DNA from: Eledone cirrhosa
Taxonomy: Eukaryota
DNA length: 64,000 nt
Assembly (NCBI GenBank): GCA_964016885.1
Contig: CAXHJY010000944.1
Span: forward strand, 1-64,000
Direction: 5' to 3'
The notes beneath the pieces were generated by a model, which was not told where the DNA came from, searched no databases, and saw nothing but the letters and a program-made list of their open reading frames with translations. Of this stretch, positions 60,651 to 64,000 are shown piece by piece; within the stretch, counting starts at the first letter, position 1, and each line of letters begins with the position of its first letter. A program made the position numbers and the translations under genes.

Positions 60651-63600
60651 TTATACTTCTCTTAGGTCAGTGTTGTTTGTTTGGGTGTTGTTGTTGTTCC
60701 ACTCATTCTTTCTGTTTAGCTTTGGTCTTCTAATTTCTATTTCACTGGCCTCTCTGATTTGCCTATCTGCTGGGTCATTCCTATGTTTAGATATTATTCT
60801 AATTTCTATGTTGTCTATGTTACCGTCATGTTGTTGTCTAGCATGTTCGTATAGTACTGACCCGTTTTTTCGTCCTTTTAGTTCCCCCCAGTGTTGGTCT
60901 ATCCTTTCACCTATGCTACGAGCTGTCTCACCTATGTATGTTGTTGTCGTGTTTCTGCAAGTACCCTCTGTACATCTTATGCTATAGACTACGTTTCTAG
61001 TTTTACAGTTTATCCGGGGGTTCACCTTACATATGATACATTTCCTATTGGTACAGTGGGTTTTCTTAAAAGGGTAGGTTTTGCTGATCAGGGATTTTAT
61101 GGTGGTTCCTGGCTTTTCTACCACCTTTATTTTTAAGTGGGTCTTTCTCAGGGCCTTTCTACACTGGTTAGCTAATTTCCCTCCAGGGGTGGCGTCCACA
61201 AACATGACACTCTGATATTTCTGGTTGTCGTACCATGATGTGGCCTTCCCTATCTTATGTCTAGCCCTATCTAAGCTATTCCATGATTTGCTCCTGTATA
61301 GTGGGCAAATTCCTTTCATGTCCAGTTCTATGAGGGTCTTATACTTTTCCATGGCTCCTTCGTATACTCTGACTCTGTCTCTTTGGTTGTAGCCAGAGAA
61401 CTGCATGCGGTTGATGAAGTGTTGGATGTGTCCTTCCATTTCTGTTGGGTCGCACATGCTGGACACATTCTTCATCACTCGTACCAAATCTGCGATCAGA
61501 ATATTAAACTTAGCACTACTGGACATTGCTGAGTTTTTGAGTATCAGGTATTTGGAGGCCATGGGTTTAGCATAGTGTGAGTGGAGAATTTGGGCTCTCT
61601 CGTCTATAGTGTTAATCCAGAGTTCTGTGTCTAATACAGGTAGTCTATTGTTAGGGTGTTTGGAAGGGAAGTCTATAGTTACAGTTATACTCTGGTGTAT
61701 GGAATTAGCTATCTGCTGGATGCTTTCCATCGTGCTACGTTCTAAATCAAACTTGTTAGTGCTCTCTAGTGGGGGTGTTCTTATAACTATATTGATATCG
61801 TCTACATAACGAGAGTACATGATGAGGTCTATGGAGCTTTCATTAAGGAGATCTTTAAGTCTCCTTTCCCACCATACCATGAAAAGGTTGGCAACATCAC
61901 CAGCTATGCTGACGCCGATGGCTGCTCCCTCATTTTGGGTGTAGATTTTCTCATTGAACTTAAATATGTGGCCCTTTAGGGTAGTTTTGATACTAGCCCC
62001 TATTGCATGTGCGACCATTTTTCTTACCTGATCAGTGTTTTGGGGGGTCCGTATAGCTTTGGTCCACCCAATCCACCTTCCTATGGGAGTCTTTTTAGCC
62101 ATTGAGGTTATGGTGGGGGGTCTACCTCTTATAGGTCTACTAGGGCAGAAACATCTAAGGTCATGGCTGTCTAGGTAGTCAGTGTCGTAGGTAAGTCTAA
62201 GTAGGAGGCCCAGTTCGTCTGTGTCGACGTCGCAGAACTCCACCTCACTCTCAATGATCATCTCCACACATCTTTTCACAGCAAAATCAATGTTAATGGA
62301 TGGGTACAGTGACACCACATCCATGCTGCCTATTATGCAGTTGGATAGGCTCCTGTTTTTGTTGCACTCACTGATTCTGCTGAGGAGGTCCTCTGTACTT
62401 TCACATACATCTGGGGACATCTTGATTATGGGGCGTATAACCATTGAGAGGAAGTAGGAGATCCTGTAGTTGCTAGCTATATTAGCTCCGCATACGGGTC
62501 TTGTTGGTGGTCCTGTTGTCGGGTCGTCGACTGTCTTGTGATCTTTGCGGAGCCCATACAAGGGTGGTATGCCATTGTTAGACGCCTGGAAGTTGTTGGC
62601 AGTGCGTCTGCTTGGCTTTAGGATGTCAGTCCACATCATCATGTGAGCGTTGAGGATTTTTTCTCTCCCATCGTGTGTTAGTTGTGCAACTTCGCTCGTG
62701 TTGGTGATGTGGGGTTGCATTGCCTCGATGTAGTTCGGCATGCTATCTATTGACATCCTACCAGACTTATCTGTGGGTAGGCACACTACCTCACCATCCC
62801 TTGTGCGCTGCTTGAGGCTAACCAAGCCTTCTACAGGTTTTCTCCCAAGTTGTTGGGCCTCTGGTCTGCTCTGTCTCATAGTGTACCTGTCTACTACCTG
62901 TCTAATCTTATTTCTAGCTATGGTGAACTGTGCCTCCGTCTCGTCATCTATTTGCTGTGGTATGCAAACTCTTTTATTAAAGGGTAACCTCGTAGGATAG
63001 ATATTACCCATCTTATATGTTTTGTCAGCTGGGTTGAAAAATAGTTTCTCTAAGGGGTTGTCGTTATTTCTATCGTCATAGTTGTGTGTGTTGCTATTAT
63101 TGTTATCATGGTGGTTGTTGTTGTTTCTATCATTAGCATTAATATTATTATTGTTATGATTGCTAGATGTATTGTTGTTTACTTCACCGTTATTGTTGTT
63201 GTTGTTACTGCTATTTCTACCATTGTGGTTGTTACCATTATTATGTTTCTTGTTTTTGTTGATGTTGCTACATGTACTATTTCCATTATTACCACTGTGG
63301 TTATTGTTGTTGTTGTTCGTATTGTTACCGTTATTACTACTGTGGTCACTGTTGCTGTGTCTGTGGTTAACGTTTCTATTATTATTATTATTGTGGTTGT
63401 TGTTGTTCTGTCTATCGCTAGTATTATTACCATTATCACTATTTCTCACTTTCCTGCCATTGTTATGGTTATGGCTGTTATTTCTATACCCAGAGTTATT
63501 GTTTATATTACTACTACCGTTATTATTGTTGTTGTTGTTTACCTTTGCATTCCAACGTATTTTTGTGAAACACTTTTCCAGCTCCGTTTTGCATTCCATA

Positions 63601-63680
63601 GGGTTAATCTTTTTGTAGATGGCAAATTTTGGTGGTAACTTTAGGATTTGTTGTTCTTGTTCACTGATTAGTGTTCCCAT
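60651..63680 (-). CDS. PLE polyprotein: reverse transcriptase plus GIY-YIG endonuclease
   Basis: TDKSG, RPVCG, SMDVVSLYPSI, GAAIG, RYVDD, LPVLD; linker CTNRKCIIC; VYSIRCTEGTC...YIGETARSIGERIDQH. Confidence 0.93.
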   Translation of the reverse strand: MGTLISEQEQQILKLPPKFAIYKKINPMECKTELEKCFTKIRWNAKVNNNNNNNGSSNINNNSGYRNNSHNHNNGRKVRNSDNGNNTSDRQNNNNHNNNNNRNVNHRHSNSDHSSNNGNNTNNNNNNHSGNNGNSTCSNINKNKKHNNGNNHNGRNSSNNNNNNGEVNNNTSSNHNNNNINANDRNNNNHHDNNNSNTHNYDDRNNDNPLEKLFFNPADKTYKMGNIYPTRLPFNKRVCIPQQIDDETEAQFTIARNKIRQVVDRYTMRQSRPEAQQLGRKPVEGLVSLKQRTRDGEVVCLPTDKSGRMSIDSMPNYIEAMQPHITNTSEVAQLTHDGREKILNAHMMMWTDILKPSRRTANNFQASNNGIPPLYGLRKDHKTVDDPTTGPPTRPVCGANIASNYRISYFLSMVIRPIIKMSPDVCESTEDLLSRISECNKNRSLSNCIIGSMDVVSLYPSINIDFAVKRCVEMIIESEVEFCDVDTDELGLLLRLTYDTDYLDSHDLRCFCPSRPIRGRPPTITSMAKKTPIGRWIGWTKAIRTPQNTDQVRKMVAHAIGASIKTTLKGHIFKFNEKIYTQNEGAAIGVSIAGDVANLFMVWWERRLKDLLNESSIDLIMYSRYVDDINIVIRTPPLESTNKFDLERSTMESIQQIANSIHQSITVTIDFPSKHPNNRLPVLDTELWINTIDERAQILHSHYAKPMASKYLILKNSAMSSSAKFNILIADLVRVMKNVSSMCDPTEMEGHIQHFINRMQFSGYNQRDRVRVYEGAMEKYKTLIELDMKGICPLYRSKSWNSLDRARHKIGKATSWYDNQKYQSVMFVDATPGGKLANQCRKALRKTHLKIKVVEKPGTTIKSLISKTYPFKKTHCTNRKCIICKVNPRINCKTRNVVYSIRCTEGTCRNTTTTYIGETARSIGERIDQHWGELKGRKNGSVLYEHARQQHDGNIDNIEIRIISKHRNDPADRQIREASEIEIRRPKLNRKNEWNNNNTQTNNTDLREV

Positions 63681-63990
63681 AGATATTTACTGTGTGGTCA
63701 TTGGTAAATTCTTCCGGTAGTTTTACATCACTCATACGGATGTTGTCGATGTTATCTGGGTATTTTTGAGAATATTCGATTTTCCTTTCTTGTAGTTTTT
63801 TCTTATTCATCCATTCTAATTTCTTCTTGAAATGCCTACAGCATTCGTTTTGAGCATATTTCGTTTCGCGTCGGATGACGCTCATGAAGTCATCTCTCTC
63901 GTTTGCTGTGATGAGATTTCGGATTTCCTTACCGTTGATGCGTTTTTGTCTGTAGAGTGCGTTGACTTTTGTGTATGTTGTTCTTTTCAT
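63661..63990 (-). CDS. Probable upstream part of the same PLE ORF, separated by a frameshift
   Basis: ...VNIYGNT overlaps and reads naturally into ISEQEQQILKLPPKF in the next frame. Confidence 0.6.
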   Translation of the reverse strand: MKRTTYTKVNALYRQKRINGKEIRNLITANERDDFMSVIRRETKYAQNECCRHFKKKLEWMNKKKLQERKIEYSQKYPDNIDNIRMSDVKLPEEFTNDHTVNIYGNTNQ

Positions 63991-64000
63991 ATTAACTGTT

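Larger units (their letters stand above)
60124..64000 (-). mobile_element. Penelope-like element (Naiad/Neptune-like), 5' part beyond the window edge
   Basis: RT plus GIY-YIG ORF; 3' pLTR with a hammerhead; ends at (TA)n. Confidence 0.9.

Noticed and set aside
60651-63990. Selenocysteine recoding, as reported for some Naiad PLEs
   Set aside because: The main ORF has no in-frame UGA, and the upstream break is a frameshift, not a read-through.

Overview
Repeat-saturated, AT-rich animal genomic DNA. The SINE and microsatellite repertoire suggests a cephalopod such as Octopus (inference). It contains a >13 kb 29-bp satellite, a 3.2 kb 11-bp satellite, many mini- and microsatellites, TTAA-flanked piggyBac-type MITEs with tandemly amplified left ends, and a non-autonomous Helitron. 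It also contains tRNA-derived SINEs, RTE fragments, an intact L1/Tx1-type LINE, a near-intact CR1-group LINE, and Penelope-like elements (PLEs) with several minimal hammerhead ribozymes. Main observations: (1) the CR1-group LINE at 55.3-60.0 kb has an ATG-less ORF2 that overlaps ORF1 in the -1 frame, with correctly phased slippery heptamers U_UUU_UUA and A_AAA_AAC, suggesting gag-pol-like -1 ribosomal frameshifting; its ORF1 is an unusual Myb/SANT-like plus tandem CCCH protein. (2) Three RTE-type insertions carry an inverted duplication of upstream flanking DNA across a (TA)n tract at the 5' junction. (3) Satellite arrays appear to arise from MITE termini. (4) A chain of small phase-compatible exons may belong to a minus-strand host gene. 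Family names come from motif recognition only; no database searches were run and many repeat boundaries are approximate.
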